A stretch of 64,000 bases of DNA from Candidatus Omnitrophota bacterium (GTDB lineage Bacteria > Omnitrophota > Gorgyraeia > 2-01-FULL-45-10 > JAHFGN01). The stretch lies in NCBI GenBank assembly GCA_023247415.1, contig JAHFGN010000001.1, positions 10,062-74,061 on the forward strand, given 5' to 3'. A program made the position numbers and the translations under genes. Every line of letters starts with the position of its first letter. Position 1 is the stretch's first letter. The notes under the pieces were generated by a model. It had not been told where the DNA came from. It did not search any database and worked only from the letters and a program-made list of their open reading frames with translations. This document shows positions 10,090 to 18,959 of this stretch, piece after piece.

Positions 10090-10861
10090 AGCATTGTTAG
10101 AACAAGCCAAAGCAAATCAGATGCCCATCGGCAAGATGCGCGGCATAATGAGAGAATATATCCAGACCCTCATGTTAAAATATCTTTATGCGAGCGTTTG
10201 GGCAGACAGATTCTATTTTCTGGGAGGGACATCTCTAAGGCTGGCCCATGGATTTAAAAGATTCTCCGAGGATTTGGATTTCAACATCGCCAAAGTTGAT
10301 CAACAGGAGTTTGAGAAAGTATCAGAATTCGTGAAAGAGGAATTAAAAAGGGAGAATATCTATTCTGAAGTTTCGTTTGAACATAGAGGAAAACTTTCAT
10401 CGACCACTTTCGTTTTCAAAAATGTTCTGGAATATTACAGAATAATAGATAAGAGGGGAAGCCTCGCGGTTAAATTCGAAGCGAATAGGCCCATCTTTAA
10501 ATTGGAGACAGAATCTGTTACTCTCAGCAGTTTCGGAGAGATTTTTCCAGTCACGATGATGTCCAGGGGCTCTCTATTTGCTGAAAAGATAGACGCCTTG
10601 AGGCATATTAAAAAAGGAAGGCATATCTACGATATTATCATTATGCTTTCTAAAAGATTTCCGATCAGTGAGGACGTATTGAAAGCCAACGGCATTACCG
10701 AAGAGCCCAAAAAAATTATCCTCGAAACCATCGGTGAATTCAGCGCCTCAGAGTTAGAAAGGCTGGCTATCGGGTTGAGGCCCTTTCTTTTTAATGAAGA
10801 GGAATTTAATCTTGTAGTTAACGCTAAAAGGATAGTTAAAGACCTGTTAGACAAATATTAG
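10076..10861 (+). CDS. AbiEii/AbiGii-family nucleotidyltransferase toxin
   Basis: GGTSLRLAHGFKRFSEDLDF signature; EKIDA and HIYDI motifs. Confidence 0.85.
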   Translation: MLTFEALLEQAKANQMPIGKMRGIMREYIQTLMLKYLYASVWADRFYFLGGTSLRLAHGFKRFSEDLDFNIAKVDQQEFEKVSEFVKEELKRENIYSEVSFEHRGKLSSTTFVFKNVLEYYRIIDKRGSLAVKFEANRPIFKLETESVTLSSFGEIFPVTMMSRGSLFAEKIDALRHIKKGRHIYDIIIMLSKRFPISEDVLKANGITEEPKKIILETIGEFSASELERLAIGLRPFLFNEEEFNLVVNAKRIVKDLLDKY

Positions 10862-10863
10862 AC

Positions 10864-12237
10864 ATGCTGATCGATACGCACTGCCACCTCGACTTCGAGG
10901 ACTTCGATCCTGACAGAGGCGAGGTCATAGCCAGGGCCGAAAAGGCCGGCATAGGATATATAATCAATGTAGGCAGCTCTATTGAGGGAACCACAAGGTC
11001 TTTGGAGCTGGCCAAAGAATACGATATTATATATTCCTCCGTCGGTATCCATCCGCATGACGCCAAGACCGCAACAGACCAAGTAATCTCCTCTTTCGAA
11101 AAACTCGCCGATAATAAGAAGGTTGTTGCTGTCGGCGAGGTAGGGTTGGATTATTATAGAAACCTATCGCCGAAAAATGAGCAGATCAACACATTCAAAA
11201 AATTTATAGTCCTCGCCAAGAAGCTTGGCCTGCCTCTTATTGTACATTCAAGAGATGCCGGGAGCGAAACACTTGACATACTGAAATCTGAATCAGGCGG
11301 CGGTGCCAAAGGCGCCATGCACTGTTTCTCCGGAAATTATACGCTGCTGAAAAGATGCCTCGAGTTAGGATTGTTTATTTCCTTTACCTGCAACCTGACA
11401 TTCAAAAACGCGAAGCCGCTGCAGGCCCTCGCCAAAGAGGTTCCCGTGGAGCGGCTTCTCCTGGAGACTGACGCGCCGTTCCTGGCGCCGGAGGGATTTA
11501 GGGGGAAACGCAACGAACCCGCGCATATAACTTATCTCGTCGAGGAATTGGCGAGGCTCAAGTCGCTGTCAGCCGAAGACATCGGCCGCATCACAACACG
11601 CAATGCCGCAGCCTTGTTCGGCCTGCCGGTCGCGGATGAGGGCAAGGGCAAGGCGGCATATCCGATAAGGGACTCGCTCTACCTCAATATAACAAACAGG
11701 TGCACTGATAATTGCGAGTTCTGTGTGAGGAACTTCACGGATTTCGTCAAAGGTCACAATTTGAGGCTGGCCGGAGAGCCTGCTGTCGAAGACATTTTGA
11801 GAGAGCTAAAGGCAGCCGATAAATATAAAGAGGTCGTATTCTGCGGTTATGGAGAGCCGACTCTGCGGCTCGATGTGATCAAGGCGGTCGCTGGAGAGTT
11901 GAAGAAGAGGGCTATTCCGACGCGGCTTGTCACAAACGGCCACGGCGATCTCATAAACGGCCGTCCTATCGCAGGCGAGCTGAAAGGTCTCGTCGATAAG
12001 GTCTCGGTAAGCCTTCATGTTGATTCAAAGGAGAAGTATAATAAGATATGCCGCCCCAGCTTCGGACCGGATACTTACGATGCTGTCCTGAAATTCGCCA
12101 AGGATTGCGCGGCCAACGGCATCGCGACAGAAGCGACATGCCTCGATCTGCCGGAGACAGACATTGAAAAATGTCGAGCGATCGCCAGGGATATTGGCGC
12201 GACTTTCAGAGAACGGAAATATGGCGCAGCTGGGTGA
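10864..12237 (+). CDS. tatD: TatD-family DNase fused to C-terminal radical SAM domain
   Basis: DTHCHLD, GIHPH, GEVGLDY, LETDAPFL; then YLNITNRCTDNCEFC (CxxxCxxC) and GYGEPT. Confidence 0.9.
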   Translation: MLIDTHCHLDFEDFDPDRGEVIARAEKAGIGYIINVGSSIEGTTRSLELAKEYDIIYSSVGIHPHDAKTATDQVISSFEKLADNKKVVAVGEVGLDYYRNLSPKNEQINTFKKFIVLAKKLGLPLIVHSRDAGSETLDILKSESGGGAKGAMHCFSGNYTLLKRCLELGLFISFTCNLTFKNAKPLQALAKEVPVERLLLETDAPFLAPEGFRGKRNEPAHITYLVEELARLKSLSAEDIGRITTRNAAALFGLPVADEGKGKAAYPIRDSLYLNITNRCTDNCEFCVRNFTDFVKGHNLRLAGEPAVEDILRELKAADKYKEVVFCGYGEPTLRLDVIKAVAGELKKRAIPTRLVTNGHGDLINGRPIAGELKGLVDKVSVSLHVDSKEKYNKICRPSFGPDTYDAVLKFAKDCAANGIATEATCLDLPETDIEKCRAIARDIGATFRERKYGAAG

Positions 12238-12239
12238 GA

Positions 12240-12346
12240 TTGCCCCTCACCCTTTTTCCCTCTCCCCGAAAGGCGAGAGAGGGTAGCCGTAGGGCAGACT
12301 TAAGTCTGCCCTACGGTCATGGGGAGAGGGTAGGGTGAGGGGGCAA
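12240..12346. repeat. Composite hairpin repeat family B (CCCCTCACCC...GGGTGAGGGG) carrying a 30-bp GTAG palindrome
   Basis: Perfect palindrome CCGTAGGGCAGACTTAAGTCTGCCCTACGG at 12287-12316, identical to copies at 40975 and 60884. Confidence 0.85.
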
Positions 12347-12360
12347 GAGTGCGGGACTAA

Positions 12361-13443
12361 ATGGGTAAGCGATTAGAAAAAATCAGGGAGCTCGCGAAGA
12401 AAGACAGTATATACATACTGCTCCTTGCGTTCATAATAGTTTTCAACGTCCTCGCCGCGGTTTCGAGCATGCCGGCGGATAAGGCGAAGGCAAGAAAAGA
12501 CTCGCAGGCGCTTTTGGCGAAGCGCGAGGCGATCGATAAGACGGATGAGCTCATGCTGCGCCGTGAAGAAGTTGAAAAGGCGTTCGCGAAGAAGCCGCTT
12601 CTTTCTTTGGCGCTGAATCTAACAAGCCTGGCGTTCCTTCTCATTGTTGCTCTGGGATTTTTGTTAGACGGCGCGCTTCTTGCTTTTAGATTTAAAGGAA
12701 GGACATTCGACATAAGCACGTATAGGCACGGCCGCGTTGGATGGTCTATCGCGGACGTGGCGAGGGTGGCCATATTATTCTTATTCTTCGCGTATCTTAT
12801 GGTTATAATAGATGCCTTCCTTTATCGGATATTGCCCGTCTTAAAGAATGACAATTTCAGGATGATGTTCAACTCCTCGATATCAGATTGTATCGCCGCG
12901 ATGTTTGTGGTATACTTCGCTGTTTACAAAAATCGCGCGGGCTTGATTGAGCTTGGACTCACCTTAAAGAATCTCTTCCGGAATATATTTTATGGGATCG
13001 CCGGTTATATCGCGGCTGTGCCCGTTTTTTTAATCGCGGCATTTTTGGTCCTTATCGCGGTTAAGCTCGTTGGGTACGCGCCGCGGAAACAGCCGGTTGT
13101 CGAACTATTCATGAGGGAGGGGAATCCCGCGTTCCTGGTATTTTCGAGCCTGTTCACGTCGATATTCGGGCCCGTGATAGAGGAGTTGTTTTTCAGGGGA
13201 TTTATGTATAACGCGGTGAAGAAGCTGACGGGCATATTCTGGGCAACGATGCTGACAGCGGCGGTTTTCGCCGCGCTCCATACGAATGTAGTCGGATTCC
13301 TTCCGATAATGGTCCTCGGCGTATTATTGGCGCATATGTATGAGAAGACCGGCAGCTTAGTTTCATCCATAACGATTCACATCATCCATAACCTCGCGAT
13401 GGTATATGTCGTATTTTTGGTAAAAGGGATAAAGGCCATATGA
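12361..13443 (+). CDS. CPBP/Abi (CAAX) family intramembrane metalloprotease
   Basis: Multiple TM segments; EELFFRG, FAALH, HIIHN motifs. Confidence 0.85.
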   Translation: MGKRLEKIRELAKKDSIYILLLAFIIVFNVLAAVSSMPADKAKARKDSQALLAKREAIDKTDELMLRREEVEKAFAKKPLLSLALNLTSLAFLLIVALGFLLDGALLAFRFKGRTFDISTYRHGRVGWSIADVARVAILFLFFAYLMVIIDAFLYRILPVLKNDNFRMMFNSSISDCIAAMFVVYFAVYKNRAGLIELGLTLKNLFRNIFYGIAGYIAAVPVFLIAAFLVLIAVKLVGYAPRKQPVVELFMREGNPAFLVFSSLFTSIFGPVIEELFFRGFMYNAVKKLTGIFWATMLTAAVFAALHTNVVGFLPIMVLGVLLAHMYEKTGSLVSSITIHIIHNLAMVYVVFLVKGIKAI

Positions 13444-14552
13444 GCGCCAAGGTCGCGTTGGTCCGGTGCGAAGATTACGATAGCGCAAAGGTTGAGTCGT
13501 CTGTGAGGCGCGCGGTAGAGCTTTTAGGAGGGCTTGGCGGCCTCATCAAGCCGGGCTCCCGGGTTCTGTTGAAACCGAATCTCCTATCGGCCCGTCTGCC
13601 TGAGGAAGGTGTGGATACGCATCCCGAGGTAGTGAAGGCTGCCGCGCGGCTTGCGAAGGAAGCCGGCGGGCTTATCTGGGTCGGGGATTCGCCCGGAGGT
13701 TACGGGAAGAATATGGATGAGATATTCGAGAAGTCCGGCATGCGAAAAGCGGCCTCTGAAGAAGGCGTGGAACTTGTGAAGTTCAATTCCTCGCGGAGCG
13801 TGAACGGCCTGCCTGTGAGCCGCTATCTCCTGGACGCCGACGCGGTTATATCCATTCCAAAATTCAAGACCCACGGTATCACCACCATAACAGCGGGCGT
13901 AAAGAACATGTTCGGCGCGATCACGGGGATGTTCAAGGCCGGCTGCCATTCTAGAGCCCCGAAAGAAGGGGATTTTGTAAAGATCCTGGCTGAAGTCTAT
14001 TCCGTCGCGAAGCCCGGCCTCACGATTCTGGACGCGGTTGTTTCTATGGAGGGAGACGGCCCCGCGAGCGGGACTTTGAGGAATACGGGATTTATATTGG
14101 CGTCTCTTGACGCGGTCGCCCTTGACGCGGTCGCGGCAAAGATGATAGGATTGGATCCGCTGGCTGTAGCCTCGACAAGGAGCTGTTACGAACGCGGACT
14201 TGGCGAGGCGGACTTGGCGAAGATCGAAATCGTCGGAGACGATATTGGCTCCTTTTCGCTCTCTGACTTCAAACTCCCGCAGACCAAGGCCAAGGTGTTG
14301 AAGATAATTCCGAAGGCTGTCGCGAACAGCGTCGCCTCGCTTGTGAAATTTAGGCCCGTCATAGACGAAGAGGCGTGCAAGAGGTGCAACCTTTGCAAGC
14401 TCTCTTGTCCGGTTGACTGCATTACTATAGAGCGCGACAGGTGCGAGATCGATTACAAGAAGTGCATCAACTGCCTGTGCTGTCACGAGGTCTGTCCTTA
14501 TAGGGCGGTGTATATAAAGCGGAGTATGTTGGCGAAAGTAGTTTGGGGTTAA
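13440..14552 (+). CDS. DUF362 domain protein with 2x[4Fe-4S] ferredoxin domain
   Basis: LLKPN, THPEV, PKFKTH, MEGDGP motifs; C-terminal CKRCNLC...CP and CINCLCC...CP. Confidence 0.85.
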   Translation: MSAKVALVRCEDYDSAKVESSVRRAVELLGGLGGLIKPGSRVLLKPNLLSARLPEEGVDTHPEVVKAAARLAKEAGGLIWVGDSPGGYGKNMDEIFEKSGMRKAASEEGVELVKFNSSRSVNGLPVSRYLLDADAVISIPKFKTHGITTITAGVKNMFGAITGMFKAGCHSRAPKEGDFVKILAEVYSVAKPGLTILDAVVSMEGDGPASGTLRNTGFILASLDAVALDAVAAKMIGLDPLAVASTRSCYERGLGEADLAKIEIVGDDIGSFSLSDFKLPQTKAKVLKIIPKAVANSVASLVKFRPVIDEEACKRCNLCKLSCPVDCITIERDRCEIDYKKCINCLCCHEVCPYRAVYIKRSMLAKVVWG

Positions 14553-14556
14553 CGTA

Positions 14557-14610
14557 TCCCCTCACCCTTTATCCCTCTCCCCTTTAGGGGAGAGGGTAGG
14601 GTGAGGGGGA
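14557..14610. repeat. Hairpin repeat family B without the GTAG insert
   Basis: CCCCTCACCCTTTATCCCTCTCCCC-TTTA-GGGGAGAGGGTAGGGTGAGGGG. Confidence 0.8.
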
Positions 14611-14622
14611 AGAGAGACGAAT

Positions 14623-15657
14623 ATGCCGGTTGAGACGATTAAGTGGGAAGATGGCAGGGTTAAATTGATAGATCAGACGCTCCTGCCGCATAGATTCAAG
14701 TATTTGGTCTGCCGCGATGTAAAGACGCTCTGGAATGCGATAAAGAAACTGCAGGTGCGCGGCGCGCCGGCAATCGGCATAGCCGGGGCGCTCGGCGTGG
14801 TCCTGGGCGTCAAAGATTCTAAGGCGAAGAATCGCGGGGAGTTTATTAGAAAGGTGCGGAAGGCCGCGAAGTATCTTGCCTCATCGCGCCCGACGGCCGT
14901 GAATCTATTCTGGGCGCTCGCGAGGATGGAGCGTGTTGCTGAGAATTGTCAGACTGAGGATGTAAATGTTATAAAGAAGGCCCTCCTGCGCGAGGCGCTT
15001 TTGATGATAGAAGAGGACAAGAAGATATGCCGCTCGATGGCGAAATTCGGCGCGGCGCTGGTTAAAAACGGCGACAGGATACTTACCCACTGCAATGCAG
15101 GAGGGCTTGCCACAGCGGATTACGGGACAGCGCTCGGGGTATTGTTTGAGGCGAAGGCTAAAGGAAAAAAGATCAGGGTATATGTCGACGAGACCCGTCC
15201 GCTCCTTCAAGGCGCGCGGCTTACGACATGGGAACTGATGAGAGAGGGTATCGATGCCACGCTTATTTGCGACAATATGGCAGCGAGCCTGATGGAAAAG
15301 GGCAGGATTGATAAGATATTCGTGGGCGCTGACAGGGTTGTGTCCAATGGGGACTTCGCGAACAAGATAGGGACTTATGGCCTGGCCGTCCTGGCCAGGT
15401 ACCACAAGGTTCCATTCTACGTTGTCGCGCCGATCTCGACATTCGATTTGTTTCTCGCGCGCGGCAGCCAGATACCGGTTGAAGAACGCGGGGCCAACGA
15501 AGTTAGGAAGGTTCTGGGAACGCCTATCGCGCCGAAAGACGTTAAGGTATATAATCCAGCTTTCGATGTGACGCCGGCTAATCTTGTTACGGCGTTTGTA
15601 ACTGAAGTAGGAATATTCCGCAAACCATATGACTTCAAAAATAAAAAATTTAGGTGA
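14623..15657 (+). CDS. mtnA: S-methyl-5-thioribose-1-phosphate isomerase
   Basis: VRGAPAIG, RPTAVNL, THCNAG, ETRPLLQGARLT, NKIGTY, NPAFDVTP. Confidence 0.95.
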   Translation: MPVETIKWEDGRVKLIDQTLLPHRFKYLVCRDVKTLWNAIKKLQVRGAPAIGIAGALGVVLGVKDSKAKNRGEFIRKVRKAAKYLASSRPTAVNLFWALARMERVAENCQTEDVNVIKKALLREALLMIEEDKKICRSMAKFGAALVKNGDRILTHCNAGGLATADYGTALGVLFEAKAKGKKIRVYVDETRPLLQGARLTTWELMREGIDATLICDNMAASLMEKGRIDKIFVGADRVVSNGDFANKIGTYGLAVLARYHKVPFYVVAPISTFDLFLARGSQIPVEERGANEVRKVLGTPIAPKDVKVYNPAFDVTPANLVTAFVTEVGIFRKPYDFKNKKFR

Positions 15658-16549
15658 GATAGGTTTAATCGAGCGCCTGACGAAAAGGATTAAACTCGAT
15701 AAGTCGGTCGTCCTGGGCGCTGGCGATGACGCCGCTGTAATCAGGTGGACGAGGGACAGGTATCTTCTATACACATGCGACATGATTATAGAGGATGTCC
15801 ATTTTAGATTAAAGGACGCAGCGCCGTTTCAGATAGGTCGGAAGGCGCTCGCTGTCAACATAAGCGATATCGCGGCCATGGGAGGCGTTCCAAGATACGC
15901 GGTTATCTCCATTGGGATAAATCCGGCCACGCCGGTTTCATTTGTAGATCGCCTGTATAGAGGTATAGAGGCGCTCGCGAAGCGTTTCAAGATAAATATC
16001 GTCGGCGGAGACACGAACTCTTCCCGAAAGCTGGTCATAGATATCTCGCTCCTTGGCGAGGTGGAGAAGGAAAATCTGGTTACCCGTTCCGGCGCGAAGA
16101 GAGGAGATCTCATCCTCATAACAGGGGCGATCGGAGGCTCTATAAAGGGGAGGCATTTAAATTTTATGCCGCGATTGGCAGAATCAAGAAGACTGGTAAA
16201 GAATTTTAAGATAAATTCAATGATCGATGTGTCTGATGGGTTGATCCTGGATCTGGGCCGGATCCTGAAGGCGTCCTCCTGCGGCGCTGTAATCTATGAA
16301 ATGGCTGTCCCTCTTTCGAAAGATGCCAGTTCCTTTGCCAGCGCGATAAAAAACGGCGAGGATTTCGAGCTCCTCTTCACGATGGGCCAGAAAGAGGCGG
16401 CGAGATTCTTCAAGACCGAACTGGCGCGATTCGGGACAGATGTAAGCATGATCGGAGAGGTGGTCGAAAAGCGAAACGGGATCAAGCTGGTAGATGGAAC
16501 CGGCCGGATACGAAATATCAAAGCGAAAGGCTACACGCACTTTGATTAA
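15629..16549 (+). CDS. thiL: Thiamine-monophosphate kinase
   Basis: GEIGLI, GDDAA, NISDIAAMGG, GGDT, IDVSDGL, GEDFELLFT. Confidence 0.93.
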   Translation: MTSKIKNLGEIGLIERLTKRIKLDKSVVLGAGDDAAVIRWTRDRYLLYTCDMIIEDVHFRLKDAAPFQIGRKALAVNISDIAAMGGVPRYAVISIGINPATPVSFVDRLYRGIEALAKRFKINIVGGDTNSSRKLVIDISLLGEVEKENLVTRSGAKRGDLILITGAIGGSIKGRHLNFMPRLAESRRLVKNFKINSMIDVSDGLILDLGRILKASSCGAVIYEMAVPLSKDASSFASAIKNGEDFELLFTMGQKEAARFFKTELARFGTDVSMIGEVVEKRNGIKLVDGTGRIRNIKAKGYTHFD

Positions 16550-16964
16550 GGCTATATCCAGGACTCGAGATGAGACGATCGCGCTTGGGGAGAAGTTGGC
16601 GCGGCGGATGAAAAAAGGGGTTGTCGTCGCGCTGATAGGCGACCTGGGCGCGGGCAAGACCGTGTTGGTTAAGGGCATCGCGAAAGGTTTAGGCGTAACC
16701 GACACAAGATATGTCAACAGCCCATCGTTTGTCATTGTCAAAGAACACAGGGGCAGGATCCCGCTCTATCATTTCGATATATACAGGCTTGAGGGGCCGG
16801 CATCGCTTGAGACTATCGGTTACGACGAATATTTTTACGGAAACGGCGTAACGATCATCGAATGGGCCGATAAGATTAAGGGGCTTCTGCCGAAACGCCA
16901 TATAGAGGTAAGGTTTTCCATCAGGGATGATGGGTCGAGGGAGATTAAAATAAAAGGCCTATGA
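16542..16964 (+). CDS. tsaE: tRNA threonylcarbamoyladenosine ATPase TsaE (TTG start inferred)
   Basis: GDLGAGKT P-loop, VNSPSF, HFDIYRL, IIEW. Confidence 0.92.
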   Translation: MIKAISRTRDETIALGEKLARRMKKGVVVALIGDLGAGKTVLVKGIAKGLGVTDTRYVNSPSFVIVKEHRGRIPLYHFDIYRLEGPASLETIGYDEYFYGNGVTIIEWADKIKGLLPKRHIEVRFSIRDDGSREIKIKGL

Positions 16965-17599
16965 TAATTTTAGCGATAGATACATCGACAAAATTTTTAA
17001 GTGTGGCGATCACCGATGGTGAAAAGGTCCTATCTTCATATCATCGCCAGGCCCACATGAACCATTCATCGCGGCTCGTGCCGACTATAGGCGCGTGTTT
17101 AAAAAAGGCGCGGTTAAAATTAAAAGACATAGACGGTTTCGCGATAAGCATCGGGCCGGGCTCGTTCACGGGCCTGCGGATCGGCGTAACGACCGTTAAA
17201 ACCTTAGCGTTTATCCTGAAGAAGCCTGTAGTCGCGGTCCCGACTCTCGACGCCATAGCCGAAGGCGCGAAAAGGTTCAAGGGCATAATATGCCCGATCC
17301 TCGACGCCAAGAAAAATAAAGTCTACGCGTGTTTTTATGAATCTGACGGGAAGAAGGTGAAGAGGAGCTCGAAGTATCTGTTGATCGAACCGGACAGACT
17401 TGCGAAAAAGATGAAAAAGTACGATAATATCTTGCGCTTGGGAGATGGGGTGGAGAAAGACTCGAATAATTGGCAGCCGCGGGCGGGTATTGTGGCGGCC
17501 CTTGCCCGCGAGAAGTTCAAGAGGAGGCGATTTTCCAATGTCTTCGATCTCGTCCCCATGTATCTCTATTCGCGGGAATGCGATATAAAAGGACGGTAG
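16961..17599 (+). CDS. tsaB: tRNA threonylcarbamoyladenosine biosynthesis protein TsaB
   Basis: ILAIDTST, GPGSFTGLRIG, DAKKNKVY. Confidence 0.93.
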   Translation: MIILAIDTSTKFLSVAITDGEKVLSSYHRQAHMNHSSRLVPTIGACLKKARLKLKDIDGFAISIGPGSFTGLRIGVTTVKTLAFILKKPVVAVPTLDAIAEGAKRFKGIICPILDAKKNKVYACFYESDGKKVKRSSKYLLIEPDRLAKKMKKYDNILRLGDGVEKDSNNWQPRAGIVAALAREKFKRRRFSNVFDLVPMYLYSRECDIKGR

Positions 17600-17600
17600 C

Positions 17601-18737
17601 ATGATCAGGCTGGGGCCCGGAAAAGTGAATTACAGGCCTACATGGGCCGAGGTTGACCTGAAGGCCATAAAGTTCAATCTGCGGCAGATCAGGCGGCTCA
17701 TCGGCAAAGGCATCGCTGTCATGCCTGTCGTGAAGGCGAACGCCTACGGGCACGGCATAGTCGAGGTATCGAGCGCGCTCCGAGATGAGGGTGTGGAATA
17801 TCTCGGCGTAGCGACGATAGACGAAGCGCTTCGCCTCAGGGAGCGGCATATCAATATTCCGATACTTATCCTGGGTTCGGTCCTTGAGGAAGAAGCCGAG
17901 ATTGCTATTAAGAATGACATAACCCTGACGCTGGCTGGCTGCGAACTCTTAAAAACGATTTCGAAGGTATGCGGCGACACAGCCAGGAGGGCAAAGGTCC
18001 ATATAAAAGTCGACACAGGCATGGGCAGGATCGGCATCTGGCACGAGGAGGCGCTCGACTTTATCAAAAAGGCGGTTTGCGAAAAGGATGTCATTATAGA
18101 CGGTATCTACACGCATTTCTCGAGCGCGGCGCGGGACGATTTCTTCACGCAGTACCAGATAGACTCTTTCAAGAATCTATTGGAACGGATAGAGAACAAC
18201 GGGATCGAGATCAAGTACAAACATGCAGCGAACAGCATCGCGACAATCGCCATAAAAGACGCGTATTTAAATCTGGTGCGGCCCGGGATCATCATATACG
18301 GCATGTACCCCAAGAAAGGTTTTGAAAAACTTATAAAGTTGAAACCAGCGCTCTCGCTAAAAACCAGGGTTACTTATCTGAAAGATACGCCGGAAGGCAG
18401 GTCCATAAGTTACGGGAGGACTTATATTACCCAGAAACATACCAGGATAGCTACTCTGCCGATCGGCTATGCCGACGGTTATGGCAGGATTCTATCGAAC
18501 AAGGCCGAGGTCCTTATAAGAGGCAAACGCGCCCCTGTCGTTGGAAAAGTCACCATGGACCAAACCATGGTAGACGTCGGAGAAATCCGCGGTGTCAAAG
18601 TCGGCGACGAAGTTGTCCTGATAGGTAAACAGGGTTTCGAGGAGATTCGCACAGAGAATCTCGCCCGCTTAGCCGGCTCAATAGCCTACGAAGTCGTCTG
18701 CTCCATCTCCAACCGCGTCCCCCGCATTTATAAATAG
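17601..18737 (+). CDS. alr: Alanine racemase
   Basis: VVKANAYGHG, KVDTGMGRIG, VRPGI, SYG, GYADG, MDQ. Confidence 0.96.
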   Translation: MIRLGPGKVNYRPTWAEVDLKAIKFNLRQIRRLIGKGIAVMPVVKANAYGHGIVEVSSALRDEGVEYLGVATIDEALRLRERHINIPILILGSVLEEEAEIAIKNDITLTLAGCELLKTISKVCGDTARRAKVHIKVDTGMGRIGIWHEEALDFIKKAVCEKDVIIDGIYTHFSSAARDDFFTQYQIDSFKNLLERIENNGIEIKYKHAANSIATIAIKDAYLNLVRPGIIIYGMYPKKGFEKLIKLKPALSLKTRVTYLKDTPEGRSISYGRTYITQKHTRIATLPIGYADGYGRILSNKAEVLIRGKRAPVVGKVTMDQTMVDVGEIRGVKVGDEVVLIGKQGFEEIRTENLARLAGSIAYEVVCSISNRVPRIYK

Positions 18738-18800
18738 GGACGGTTCTGGTTGTAATCTCAGACCTGTCCCTCGTCCAATCCCAGACCTGTCCCCAACCTA

Positions 18801-18862
18801 AAAAGACACTTTCCAGCTTGAGGGTAAGACACTTTCCCGATGCAATTGGAAAGCGTCTCTAA
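18801..18862. repeat. Intergenic repeat family E, copy 1
   Basis: 62 bp, about 54/62 identical to 57895-57956; AGACACT..TCC units pairing with GGAAAGCGTCT. Confidence 0.75.
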
Positions 18863-18893
18863 GTTAAGGTTTAAAATAGTTGGATTTTGGCAC

Positions 18894-18944
18894 TTGACTA
18901 CGCAAATATATTGGGTATACTAATGTGGTTTAGGGTTAATAAAA
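18894..18944 (+). promoter_or_regulatory. Conserved giant-gene promoter, copy 1
   Basis: TTGACT-16 bp-TATACT-AATGTGGTTTAGGGTTAATAAAA, matching 22271 and 32114. Confidence 0.75.
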
Positions 18945-18959
18945 AACTTGAAGATGCAT

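Noticed and set aside
12361-13443. CPBP protease as the linker-processing enzyme
   Set aside because: It is an intramembrane protease in a housekeeping operon; only proximity links it to the giant genes.
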